Source of the DNA: Trichomonas gallinae
Lineage: Eukaryota
NCBI GenBank assembly: GCA_008369845.1
Contig: MRSU01010352.1
Span: 1-48,049 of the forward strand
DNA: 48,049 bases
Direction: 5' to 3'
The position numbers and the translations under genes were made by a program. Positions within the stretch are counted from its first letter, which is position 1, and each line of letters begins with the position of its first letter. Below are positions 21,373-32,768 of this stretch, piece after piece. The notes under the pieces were generated by a model. That model was given only the letters and a program-made list of their open reading frames with translations. It did not search any database and was not told the DNA's origin.

Positions 21373-22045
21373 ATGACTCATCACTGAAATCATTCAAGAT
21401 GGAGTCAAATATTACAACTATGGCACATATATTGTTGTTGGAAAAGATCCAGATCCTGAAACAGTTACATGGGATCCAACTGCTGCAATATCAAAAGATT
21501 CTATTCAAGGAAATTTAATTATTCCACGATTTTTCAATGATTTGCCAATCAAAGAACTCGCGCAATGCTCTTTTCAAAGATGTTATTCAATCACAAGAGT
21601 TGTTATTGAAGCAAATATTGAAATAATTCCATATAGAAGTTTTGCAGACTGCAATAATATGGTATATATTGATATTCCAGCTTCTGTCCATACTTTAGGA
21701 CGTATCGCGATATCTTTTTATAATAACACCAGTCTAACGAATTATGTTTCTCAAAATACCCATGTAGTTCTATTTAAAAAGAATTCAAGACTGAAAACTG
21801 TAGGGAGCAATGCTTTTGAGTATGCAAAACAAGTTTCTCTAATTTTCGAGTCAAAAGTTAGTGCAAACGTTGATGCTCTCTTATTTAATCATGTTGAAAA
21901 GGCTAATATTTATTGCCGCAAATTTATGAGATTTGGAAATTATACATCTGTTGATGCATGTACTCTACCGAGCTCAAATTGTTTCCTGTCGTCATATAGT
22001 TTGTTCTTCTCGATTCTTGCTATGATTTATGAATCAGAAAAATGA
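21373..22045 (+). pseudogene. BspA-like (TpLRR-type leucine-rich repeat) family gene with a 1-nt frame offset directly after the ATG
   Basis: Inr TCACT at 21354, ATG 21373, then +1 frame open 21377-22045: LITEIIQDGVKY...GNLIIPRFFNDLPIKELAQCSF...IIPYRSFADCNNMVYIDIPASVHTLG...NSRLKTVGSNAF. Hydrophobic C-tail. Confidence 0.65.
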
Positions 22046-22668
22046 AATTAATAATTTAAAAAATAAATTTCATTTCATCATGCTAATATTACTAATCATA
22101 TGTTATGAATACTTATATATCTATATTTCTCATAATATCAATATAATGTTATGAATTTTCAAACATTTTTTATTGAATATTGGCAAATCTTAGCTTTTAG
22201 CTAATTTTAACATGATATTAGTGATGTATGAATGCTTTTGCTTTAACTATATGAATTAGAGATCATAAAAAAGGAAATTATATGAATTCAAAAAAATAAT
22301 TCGAGAACCAGCTAAATCAGTTCTAAATTATAATTATATTCACCTATTTAATCAAAATACGCGATAAATATATATATGTCCGGTAAAAAATATTTTGAAA
22401 ATATATATCATTAATTTTTTATCATTAATACTTTATATTTCAATAATATGTCTCCTATAATGCATATTTATGAGCTCCCAATCGCTCAATATTGATGTTT
22501 TTGAGTGCGATCAAAAAATATTTTCCAATAACCCCGAATTTTCATGAAACATGAACGTGAAAACGTCCAAAATGGCCGAAAATGACACAAAAAAGGTAAA
22601 TAATCTCACTTTTATTTCATATTTTTTCTCGTTTTTTATACCTAAAGTTGTCAATAGAAAAGAGCGAG

Positions 22669-24129
22669 ATGGCTATTGCTATTGATAACATCGCGGAGTA
22701 CGAGCGCGTGTCGGGGGAAGATGTCCAGCAGGCGACACTCCCTCAGCCCGTTACTATCGAGAAAAAAAAACAGCGAGAAAGACAGTCACTGCCTTCACAG
22801 GTCACTCAAGCCAAGGCCAATATGGCGAAATATTGTCTTGAGAGGCAGTTTAAAGACTTCTTTAAAAATGATAAACAAATTCGCCAAAGAAATACTCGAC
22901 TTAGATCGACAAGTGCGCCAAAAATCGATGACCTACAGATGATAGATCAAGAAATCGCGCTTAAAAGACTCAAAAGACGAACGTTTAAGGTTGAACAATT
23001 CGAAAAACTTAAAATTATCGGACGAGGAGCATTTGGCGAAGTTTGGCTTGTTCGTGATAAAGAGGATCAGCACATATACGCAATGAAGGTCCTCAACAAG
23101 CGCCAGCTTGTCCAAAAAAATCAAATCTTAAATACAATTGTAGAAAAAGACTTTTTAGTCCAAAACGACAACCCATGGTCAGTACAACTTTACTACGCCT
23201 TCCAGGACCAGAAATGTCTCTATTTGGTCATGGAATATTTGCCAGGCGGCGATTTGATGACTTTGCTCATAAATCGCAACATACTGACTGAAACAGAGAC
23301 GAAATTTCTCATTGCTGAGTCCGTCCTAGCGATTAATTGTGTCCATAAGCAAGGTTTCATTCATCGCGATATTAAACCTGATAATCTTTTGCTCACTAAA
23401 GATGGGCACGTTAGATTGACTGATTTTGGGCTCAGCACTAAGATGGATCGCTACAGTGATCCAATTGTTGAATTAATCGATCAAATAACTGATGCATTAC
23501 ATGAAACTGGAAGTTCTTCGTCACCAGCTTCAATTATTAATAAATTATATCATCAGAGGCAGGCAGCAACTGATAGGCACCTTCAGGTCTGCTCTGCAGT
23601 CGGAACTACTGATTATATTGCACCTGAAGTATTATTAAAGCAGCCATATGGCCCTAGTGTCGATTACTGGTCAATAGGCGCGATTATGTTCGAAATGATA
23701 TTTGGATACGCGCCTTTCTCGTCACAAACACAAAGATCGACTGCTTCAAAAATTATTCATTTCGAAGAATCGCTTGTTTTTCCTCCAACACTGCCAGTTT
23801 CTACAGAGGCAATATCACTCATTCGTGGGTTGCTGACAGATGCTGAGCATCGCTTGACTTTCGAGGAAATTAAAGCACATCCATTTTTCTCTTCGATTGA
23901 TTGGGATAATTTATTTATGTCCACATCCCCGTGCATCCCTAATCTAGATGGTGAGCTCGACACATCCAATTTCGATGTTTTCGAGCCACTTCCAGAAGAT
24001 GCATCGGACCAATTCACTCCTGAGGAGAAAGATGTCGAAGATTTAGCAAATATAGCTTTTATGGGATTTTCATATAACAAGAAAGCAAACACAATGCTCA
24101 AGAAAAGATCTGATGAAAGCCCATTTTAA
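22669..24129 (+). CDS. AGC-group NDR/LATS-family Ser/Thr kinase
   Basis: FEKLKIIGRGAFGEVWLV, LVMEYLPGGDLMTLL, HRDIKPDN, insert after DFG, SAVGTTDYIAPEV, DTSNFD and hydrophobic motif FMGFSY. Confidence 0.93.
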   Translation: MAIAIDNIAEYERVSGEDVQQATLPQPVTIEKKKQRERQSLPSQVTQAKANMAKYCLERQFKDFFKNDKQIRQRNTRLRSTSAPKIDDLQMIDQEIALKRLKRRTFKVEQFEKLKIIGRGAFGEVWLVRDKEDQHIYAMKVLNKRQLVQKNQILNTIVEKDFLVQNDNPWSVQLYYAFQDQKCLYLVMEYLPGGDLMTLLINRNILTETETKFLIAESVLAINCVHKQGFIHRDIKPDNLLLTKDGHVRLTDFGLSTKMDRYSDPIVELIDQITDALHETGSSSSPASIINKLYHQRQAATDRHLQVCSAVGTTDYIAPEVLLKQPYGPSVDYWSIGAIMFEMIFGYAPFSSQTQRSTASKIIHFEESLVFPPTLPVSTEAISLIRGLLTDAEHRLTFEEIKAHPFFSSIDWDNLFMSTSPCIPNLDGELDTSNFDVFEPLPEDASDQFTPEEKDVEDLANIAFMGFSYNKKANTMLKKRSDESPF

Positions 24130-24478
24130 TATTTTTGTTTGTTATTATTTTAAATTAGATATACTCTTTCTGCTGATACTGTATCTAACTTTTTCATGAG
24201 GTTCTGTAATTAATTTAGTTTCAAAAATAAGTCAAGCAAGTTTTCAAGCCATAAAACTTTGTATTTATATTCTAATTGATCCATATAGTTTATATTTTAA
24301 TACCTTTCGTTGCTAATAAAGAAATATAAAAAGTCAAAAAAAATAGTCGAAATCTAACCATATAAGTACTAATATTTAAATACATACAAACAAAGAAAGA
24401 AATTTAATGATAAATAATGCATGCTTATGTATTGCAAAAAATGTTGAAATAATTAACGATGGAAGATGATTGAAATAA

Positions 24479-24790
24479 TTATGCAACCTCACAGCAATAG
24501 TCTTCCTGGGAATATTCGGAATATGAATAACCGGAATCTTCGCTATCCCATTTCTCTTTAGCAATTAGGCAGAAATCTGACAATTTAACTGGACTTGGAA
24601 AATGCTTGTTGTACATAACATCGCGCAGTTGATGTTTGATCTCGTTGATCTCAAGATGCGATCTTCTATCTTTCTTGATTATAGGAAAAGGCTCTGCAAA
24701 TGACTCAATGTCAACATCAGCAATGAATGGGAGGTATCCTGGAATGATCTCCAAGCTCATAGATGTGTAGGACATTGTGTTTTCAGACAT
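24479..24790 (-). CDS. Small hypothetical protein with an acidic Ser/Tyr-rich C-terminus
   Basis: 103-aa ORF from ATG 24790 with coding-like GC. Shares an N-terminal pattern with 15325-15600. Confidence 0.65.
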   Translation of the reverse strand: MSENTMSYTSMSLEIIPGYLPFIADVDIESFAEPFPIIKKDRRSHLEINEIKHQLRDVMYNKHFPSPVKLSDFCLIAKEKWDSEDSGYSYSEYSQEDYCCEVA

Positions 24791-25333
24791 CGTCAGAAAA
24801 TATTTCAAATTTCAGACAAAATCTGACAAATTCATTTGGACTTTATTATCATTATTTTCTACTTGTTTCTCCTCAAAATTGATCAAAATTTTCTTTCAAC
24901 CGTCATTATCGAAAAATCCATCAATTTGAGTCAACCGCAGGCAATCTTGAATCGATTGGATGTCACATCATGAAGATGTGTATAGCATATATATGCAAAA
25001 CAACATGAGAATAATGTAAATTGATTCCCACGTTCTAATTAATTTCAAGGTTTATTTCCAATTCTATTCTAATGTTGACTGCATTTCCAAAATATATGAC
25101 ACTTGATATCTCTCATACACGTAGAATATATTTTCAAAATAATTTAAAATCGAAAATATCATATATTCATATTGGCAAATAATAATATATAATACATAGT
25201 TATTAAATATTTGATTCGTTTTGTCCTAATTCGATTTTCAAAAATCAAATGATATATTTTTGCAAAATAAGGTGCTAATAAGAAGATATACATATAAATG
25301 AGACATATTCAACAAATCTATACGTTTATAATA

Positions 25334-26296
25334 TCAACAAACAGGTATATCTGGAGTGAGTGATTTCAGTCTCGGACGTCCAATGTGAGAGAGATTAGTC
25401 TGCGATTTATATGAGTTTATTCTGGTCTTTTGAGCAGTTTGGACTTGTGGTCTGAAAATAACTTCCGCTTGTTTAATTTGTGTTGCAGACGATGATTCTG
25501 CAACAATTTGTGCAAAGTATGGAAGTGAAAGAATCTCATTTATATCAGCTCTAAACTCTGGATCGCATTCTAAACATCTTGAAATTACTTCTTTGAGAAG
25601 AGGATCTTTGATGTTTGTTTCCACATATATTCCTTTTTCTATCTTTTTTCTTAGTTGTGTTTGGTCTATAGCAGTAAATGGATAAATTCCGGTGGCGATA
25701 TAATAAAGAGTCACGCCAAGTGCCCAGATATCTGCCTGCATTGGGTTATATTCCTTGATAGAAAATAGTTCAGGAGCCATGAACAAAGCTGTTCCATGAA
25801 AATCTTTTGTTGAAAATGGTTTTGCTTTAGAAACTAAAGTGGACATCCCAAAATCACTAATCTTTATCCTTCCATAAGCGTCAATCAAGAAATTTGATGG
25901 CTTGATATCGCAATGAGAAATATTATGGTCATGACATGCTTTAATGGATTTGACGATATCTTTTATGAGCCTCAGCTGGTTTCCAGGTTTGTTTAACTTA
26001 TTTTTTTCATCTAATACGTTAACTAGTTCACCAGGACAAAATTCTATTAGCATGTAAATGAATCCATCGTATTTGTAGTATTTGTAAAGCCGAATGATAT
26101 GTGGATCATCTATAGCCATCAAACAATCTATTTCATTCTGTTTAAAGTGATTTTCTGGTACTTTCTTAAATGCAAAATAACATTTGTACTGGCTCGAATA
26201 TACATAATATACTGTGCCAAATCCTCCTTTCCCTATGGTATGAATATACTCTATTCCAATGCTCTTGAAAAACTCTTGTTCGCGAGTATCACACAT
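25334..26296 (-). CDS. CAMK-like Ser/Thr protein kinase (non-RD, HCD)
   Basis: GKGGFGTV, AFKK, HCDIKPSN, DFG, GTALFMAPE, ADIWALGV. Confidence 0.9.
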   Translation of the reverse strand: MCDTREQEFFKSIGIEYIHTIGKGGFGTVYYVYSSQYKCYFAFKKVPENHFKQNEIDCLMAIDDPHIIRLYKYYKYDGFIYMLIEFCPGELVNVLDEKNKLNKPGNQLRLIKDIVKSIKACHDHNISHCDIKPSNFLIDAYGRIKISDFGMSTLVSKAKPFSTKDFHGTALFMAPELFSIKEYNPMQADIWALGVTLYYIATGIYPFTAIDQTQLRKKIEKGIYVETNIKDPLLKEVISRCLECDPEFRADINEILSLPYFAQIVAESSSATQIKQAEVIFRPQVQTAQKTRINSYKSQTNLSHIGRPRLKSLTPDIPVC

Positions 26297-28859
26297 TATC
26301 TAAAAAAATAACACGTTACTATAATTTTTCTTCTCAAAATTATTAAAATTTTGAAAATCAAATATGTTATATTTTTAGTGTTTACTATATGACATTTTCT
26401 AGTGAAACATTAGCACGAAAGTTGAAATTTTGATGGAAGTGATAGAAACATGTTAATAAATAATATTATAGAGAATAAAAGTAGTAAAATATTTTTCTGA
26501 GATGGCTTTTCAAAAAATAATCTTCACAAAACTTGATAATCCCCTAGACAAAAGAATAAGAACTTGGTATACGTCATGTTTTCCCGATTTTAGTTAAAAT
26601 TGAATTAAACGGAATAAAAACAATTTGAGAATAACCATTGCGGAAGTTTGGCAACTCATATCTCCACTAATACTGGATTGTACAAATGATATACATACCA
26701 TATATTCCGGAAAAAAAGAAAAACTTCGATGAGAAATAAAAATAGATTCCAATTGTTTCCAACGAATAATGAAACAACCAACATAAATCATGAAGATGAA
26801 TAGTATAGACATCATATATGTATATATTACAAGGAGAAGCAATTTTATGGATGTGTAAGATAATTTTTGACATGTAAAGTCATAAATGTCATGTAAAATG
26901 TCACCGTTTTTTCAAAATAATTTCGCAATTTTTGTTCGTGAAACAAAGGAATTATTTTGTAATTTCATGTGATACAATAAGCTCTTAGTTTGTATTGGCC
27001 AATATATGATTTTTCATGTCGAAAACCTTATCGTGTGCCTGTATTTTCAATATTTAAATTCCAATTAATCCGAAAATACAAATTGTTCCCTAATCAACTT
27101 TATAATACTAATTGATTTAGCAATATAAAGGTAACCCAATGCTTTTTAAGATGGCATGCGCTTGGCTAAATTTATGAAAAAATTAAATATCCAATTTCAA
27201 GTCAATTTTTTGCAATTAATTTGGTCCAAATAATGTGTAGATACATTTAAGCAAGGTTAGGATACAATGAATGCGATGGGTAAATTTTATTGAAATAATT
27301 GAATATGTCATATATACCACTATGCACTGTATCGTTTGTTTTAAGCAAAACTATGCTTTGTCATCCTCCATATATTGAGAATGAGTGTAATGTCATTTGA
27401 AGGGGTATTTTTTTGCATGTTAATTTTGGTGTAGATAACAACAGAGTTATCAGAAAAACTAAGTCAAAATTACTATTTGCTATAAATTGAAATCTCATAA
27501 ATTTTTGAACTTCTTATTCCCTATTTATGACATTGAATCAGTTCCATTTGCTGAATTCAATGAGTAACATAGATAATAATAGCTGCGAAAAATGCATTAA
27601 TGAAATTATACAGGTCATTTTGATCATCTTACATGGATAAGAATTTAATTTATGTATTGAAAAGATTACTATCACAGGCTTATATTAAAAAGCTAAAAAA
27701 AAAATGAAAAATACTTTTCGGATCCAGTGATGAACCTCAAAATACTGAATCAGAAAACGGGACATCTTAAATCTTAGTATATCTCCGTAATGCATTGTAT
27801 TTGTAAAATGTTTTATGTCATTTAAGCATTGCATCTAAATTGCTAATTACAAAAATCTTAATTATTATGATTATTTTGGGTGTATTCCTCAGTTTGATAG
27901 AAATGTATGCATATTCTACGTTATAAAAGCAATGAATGTGTTTTTGAAGTACACTTTCAAAAATTTGCAATAAAAGCCATTGGTGTGTTGTTATAAATTT
28001 TATTGTATTACAGGGCTGTACTGCTAGTACTTATCATATATTCATTAAAATTCACTTAAATAATTGAAGAAAAATAACAATTTCAACAATGTTCTTAATT
28101 CATTAACGTTGGCTCTCAATATAGGATTTTATATTGTCAGTCTATATTGATAATACATATCATATTATCAAATTGCTCCAAAGCGACCAAAAATAAAAGA
28201 TCGAAAAATGCTCAGAAAGCATTTCAAAGGTCCATTCAAAAAATCAAATTTGACATATTGATCTATGACTAATATATAATAAGATTTAACGAGGTAACAA
28301 ATATGTCCCACAATTTATTTGAAAAGGAATTGAAAATGAAATCTAACAAGATATAGTATATATATCCATATTACAAAGTTTTATAAGTTTATTTTTTGAA
28401 TAGTCATTCAAAAATTGAAGATAAATCAATTTTCTCATAAACAATAAATAATAAGATATAGCAATAGATGAATGACAATTGATTTATAAATTTGAGAATA
28501 TTTTATATCGCAAAATGAAGAATATTGACCATCAAAATGAATTATATTTATATTCTAAATTTGAAAAATATTTTTGACAAGGAAAAGGAAGTTAATTATT
28601 TTATGAAAATATTTGAATTGTTCTGAATATTGAACTGATAGTAGACTTATTTTTGCATATTTGGCTTCTTTATGTTAATAGAAGATAATTCTCAAAAACA
28701 TTCAAAATTTTTTGCAACCTTTCAAAAATTTGTAAACTTTCGGTAAAACAATGAAAAATATATTCATTTAAACGTCCTAAATAATATATTTTTCAAAAGC
28801 AAATTTGCAGATGTTCAAAGCTCACAAATTTTTATTTTTCATCAAGTGCAGAAAAAGAA

Positions 28860-29993
28860 ATGATTGATACTCATGTTCTCAAGGACTACACAGTCATCCG
28901 CTCAATCGGCGAAGGTGGATTTTCGCAGGTCTTCCTGGGAACACACAAGGCTACAAACACAACAGTTGCTATTAAAGTCATCTCTAAAGTCTTCAAGGAT
29001 CATGATATCCACAGCCAGTACTTGGCTACTGAACATGAAATCATCCAGATGCTAAGGCATCCATTCATCTGTGGCTTTTACGAATATCTTGAGTCGAATG
29101 ATCATATTTACATTGTTTTGGAGTATGTACAGAATGGAACACTCCTTGATAAACTTAATCGCTTTGGTCCATTGGCTGAAAAAGATGCGGCAATGATATT
29201 CGCCCAATTGATGCTTGTTTTACATCACTTACACCATGATCTGTCTATCGCACACCGTGACTTGAAGCTAGAGAACATCTTATTCGATGACTGCAACAAC
29301 ATTCGCCTCATTGATTTTGGATTCTCAAAGATGTTGATGGAAGGCTCTAGTTTCATGACAAGATGTGGTTCATTGTTATATTGTGCACCAGAACTTATTG
29401 CTGGACATGATTACTCTACTGCAGTTGATATATGGAGTGCTGGAATTATCTTATATGTCCTCTGCTCAGGTTATTTCCCGTTTGACGATAAGAATGTCAC
29501 ATTACTCAGCCAGAAGATCATTTATGGTGAATTAGACATCCCACAACGCTTCTCTGATAATTTGGATGATTTAGTTTGCAGGATGTTGGCAAAGAATCCA
29601 GCGGAGAGGATAACTCTTGAAGATATACTGAACCATCCGTGGCTCACAGATGCAGTCAAACGCTATAAAGGAATTTTGAATTCAATCACAATTGGCAAAG
29701 AAGAAATCCAGACTCAGCTCGATGCATTCAAGTTCAACATCAACAAGGCACCGGTTTTCTACAACCTAATCGAAAGAAAACTGACCACTGAGAAACTTTA
29801 CAGACATTTTCGTGACCAAGTCAACCTAATGGTTCCCAGGTCTTCGTTGCCCGTTATCAAGAAGGAGTTAAGGATATATCCGAACCCTCAGATTCGAAAC
29901 AATACCCTTCCTTCTAGAAGAATTTCTCCAAAACATATCATTAGGAACAAAATAGTCCCTGGATGTTCACCTCTTATTAAGCTCATCCTGTAA
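28860..29993 (+). CDS. CAMK-group Ser/Thr protein kinase, paralogue of 2300-3358
   Basis: GEGGFSQV, HRDLKLEN, LIDFGFSK and CGSLLYCAPE are shared with the 2300-3358 kinase. Confidence 0.92.
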   Translation: MIDTHVLKDYTVIRSIGEGGFSQVFLGTHKATNTTVAIKVISKVFKDHDIHSQYLATEHEIIQMLRHPFICGFYEYLESNDHIYIVLEYVQNGTLLDKLNRFGPLAEKDAAMIFAQLMLVLHHLHHDLSIAHRDLKLENILFDDCNNIRLIDFGFSKMLMEGSSFMTRCGSLLYCAPELIAGHDYSTAVDIWSAGIILYVLCSGYFPFDDKNVTLLSQKIIYGELDIPQRFSDNLDDLVCRMLAKNPAERITLEDILNHPWLTDAVKRYKGILNSITIGKEEIQTQLDAFKFNINKAPVFYNLIERKLTTEKLYRHFRDQVNLMVPRSSLPVIKKELRIYPNPQIRNNTLPSRRISPKHIIRNKIVPGCSPLIKLIL

Positions 29994-30860
29994 TGCAAAG
30001 GAAATGTGTTATTTTGTGTTGTTTTATTTGTTTGATAAATATTGTTTTAATAACTATTAACGTAGCCTATTTTCGCTAATATACTCTACTATATAATCAT
30101 GTGTATATTAGGTGTTAAATGTCCAAATTGTTCAATTCTCATGATTTTAAATAAAATTGATAATTTTACGAGTGCATGCATTAAAAAACCTCAGCACTTC
30201 AAAAATTATGTGTTTTACATCTATAGCAGTATAATGATCCAAAATTAATCAAGGTTGTGCATAATTTTACTTTTGTTTCAGATTAGTTTTCAATGATTTA
30301 AATGTTCGAGGCATTCAATTGTATATTTACTTTATACTCTTTATAGCTGTTTGAAGTATAGTAATGCTATTTCGCAACTTTTATTTTCTTTTCAAAATCG
30401 AGAAAGAATTTTATTATTTTCAGTGCGATCGATGCCAATCACAGTTGAAAATGTTGCTAGTGAACACAGATATGTGATTTTTTATATAGTGAATTGCGGT
30501 ACAATTCAATAATACTTCGAGAAATGTCCAATAACAAATTGAAATCGGTAAAAATTAAGAAAATAGCTGTCTAACCAATATATCAGGCGTTTTCAAGTAG
30601 ACAGAGCTGAAATTAGATGCTTATTAAAATGATGGTTAATATTAATGTCTAAATCCCATACAGACATTCAAAATGTAATATATTAAGTTATTACACGAAT
30701 AATTTGATACTTAGAGCTAACAATTGTCTGTTTTTGATATCGAAAATTAAAAAATAGCACTAGAAATCCAAATTTCGTGATATTTATGAGAAAATAGTAT
30801 ATAAATAACACAAATATCAAATAAAAAATATGCTTCACTCTTTACATTTAAAATCAAAAA

Positions 30861-32768
30861 ATGGAAAATGATGAAATTGCGGAACAGAAATCACAAGAAA
30901 ACATAGAGGAAATGAATCCGTATGCCGATATTGTTTCTCCTGAGGCCTCTAATACGCTTTCTAACCCCATAGACGACAATATTTTATCAAATCGAGCTGT
31001 TCAATCAGAAAATCAACAAGCTTTGGATATTTGTCAGAATATCCCGATTGCTGTAGAAGATTTAGAAGAAAAACCACCCGAAGAACCGAAAAATGATAAG
31101 ACAATTGAATCAAGAAATAACCAAAGTAGGCAATCATTAAAACTAGTTATGGATGTAGTTGATCATCTTTCAACTGGTTCTATTATGTCCAACTCTGATA
31201 AAAAATCTGATGATATTCCAAAAATTGTTCCACAAGAAAAAGAACAGGAAAATTTCGATCAATCTTTACGTGATGATTCTGGGTTTTTACTGGAAAGACC
31301 AAATATTGTTATTCCACCTGATCGTCCATTTTCTCCGCCAGTTATAGACATAAAAAATGATTTCAAAAGTCTCACAGACAAAAATAACGATTTTATATCA
31401 TCAGCAACTATTGAAGACGAATATCAAAATGCTGAAAAATTAAATACTGAAGAAAAACCTATCGAGAACAATGTTCCACCTCCAAATGTTGCAGAAACTC
31501 CAGAAGTAGAAAGCAAATCTGTAAAATTACCAAAACCACAAGTGAAAAAAGCAAAACTTGTTCCACGTCGTTATGGATTACAAGGACGTAAAAACTTATT
31601 AGAAGAGAAGCCAGAAAATACACCAATAGTAGTTAAAAACACAGAAATAGATGAAATAAATTCACAAATTTCAAAATTGAAACAAGAAATCATAGAACTC
31701 GAAATTGAGCATTCGAGACGTATTTCTCAGATGAGTCCAGAGCAATTCGATAACGCATTACTTGCATCTAAGAATAATTATTATTCAAATTTAATCCGCG
31801 CATACAATTCATACTGCGACCAACTCATTCACGTCAACAAGATAACTAAATCAATAAACAACGAATTAGAACACTTTTCGTCTTCAAAATCGTTCATGAC
31901 AAGCAGTTTTATTTCATCTGAACTTTCGCGAGAATCCGGGGAAATTTCACGCTCTATATCTTATGTGAAGAAGGAGATAGAAGCAACAAATGATGCTAGT
32001 GAGGTGATAATCACTGCCAAGGATGCGGTTATAGATGCAGATATCCAAGACATGAAAGAAGAGAGAAACAGGTTTCACGAAGAAATCGAAGAACTTCGCG
32101 CAAAAATTTTAGGCGAAAAAGCAATTTACAACTCGATCAATTCTATCTACGAACGCTCTATAGAGCTCATAGAGTCCAAGAAGAGTGAGTTAGTCGATGA
32201 GTCAGATGATGTTGATGAAATAATTTTCGATGAACCAATCAGTAGAAATTTATTTGACAACGCAGTAAATATTTTAGAGCGAAGAAAAAAGGCACAAGAT
32301 GAATACAATGAAGCCAAATCTCTGCCACCGGACTCACCTGGAAAGGAAGACATACTCTCTAGCTCTCTAATAGAGTACAGATCTACCATAGCCTTACTTC
32401 CCAACGTCTCAGTAGAACAACTTTATAACGACTTGAGAGAAAACGACAGCAGGTTGTCATATTTAAACGATAGCCTCAGGAACGCTTATTCAGCGTCCAT
32501 TTCCGTTCACTCCGAACTCCTTGACTCTAATGCATCCGAAATAGTGAAAAAATGCAATGTCGAAGTAATGAAGAGCAAATCTGGATATAATTTTAACCAA
32601 AAGAATGCAGAAACATTCAAGGTAATAGAAAATGAGGAGACAACAAGGCAATTCAACCTGAGCGAACTTAAATCTATCGGAAGATGGGCACAAAAAAAGA
32701 TGCAATATAATGATGAACATAGGGACGTAATAGAGACTATATGGACATTATGCACATCTTTGGATTAA
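30861..32768 (+). CDS. Hypothetical protein with an acidic disordered N-half and coiled-coil C-half
   Basis: 635-aa ORF, E/K/S-rich heptad-like segments. Inr TCACT at 30835. Confidence 0.8.
   Translation: MENDEIAEQKSQENIEEMNPYADIVSPEASNTLSNPIDDNILSNRAVQSENQQALDICQNIPIAVEDLEEKPPEEPKNDKTIESRNNQSRQSLKLVMDVVDHLSTGSIMSNSDKKSDDIPKIVPQEKEQENFDQSLRDDSGFLLERPNIVIPPDRPFSPPVIDIKNDFKSLTDKNNDFISSATIEDEYQNAEKLNTEEKPIENNVPPPNVAETPEVESKSVKLPKPQVKKAKLVPRRYGLQGRKNLLEEKPENTPIVVKNTEIDEINSQISKLKQEIIELEIEHSRRISQMSPEQFDNALLASKNNYYSNLIRAYNSYCDQLIHVNKITKSINNELEHFSSSKSFMTSSFISSELSRESGEISRSISYVKKEIEATNDASEVIITAKDAVIDADIQDMKEERNRFHEEIEELRAKILGEKAIYNSINSIYERSIELIESKKSELVDESDDVDEIIFDEPISRNLFDNAVNILERRKKAQDEYNEAKSLPPDSPGKEDILSSSLIEYRSTIALLPNVSVEQLYNDLRENDSRLSYLNDSLRNAYSASISVHSELLDSNASEIVKKCNVEVMKSKSGYNFNQKNAETFKVIENEETTRQFNLSELKSIGRWAQKKMQYNDEHRDVIETIWTLCTSLD

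Noticed and set aside
27727..27749. Box C (GTGATGA) and box D (CTGA) pair; TGATGAACCTCA also recurs at 33678
   Set aside because: The boxes are too close for a C/D snoRNA, and a single 12-mer match in AT-rich DNA is weak evidence.
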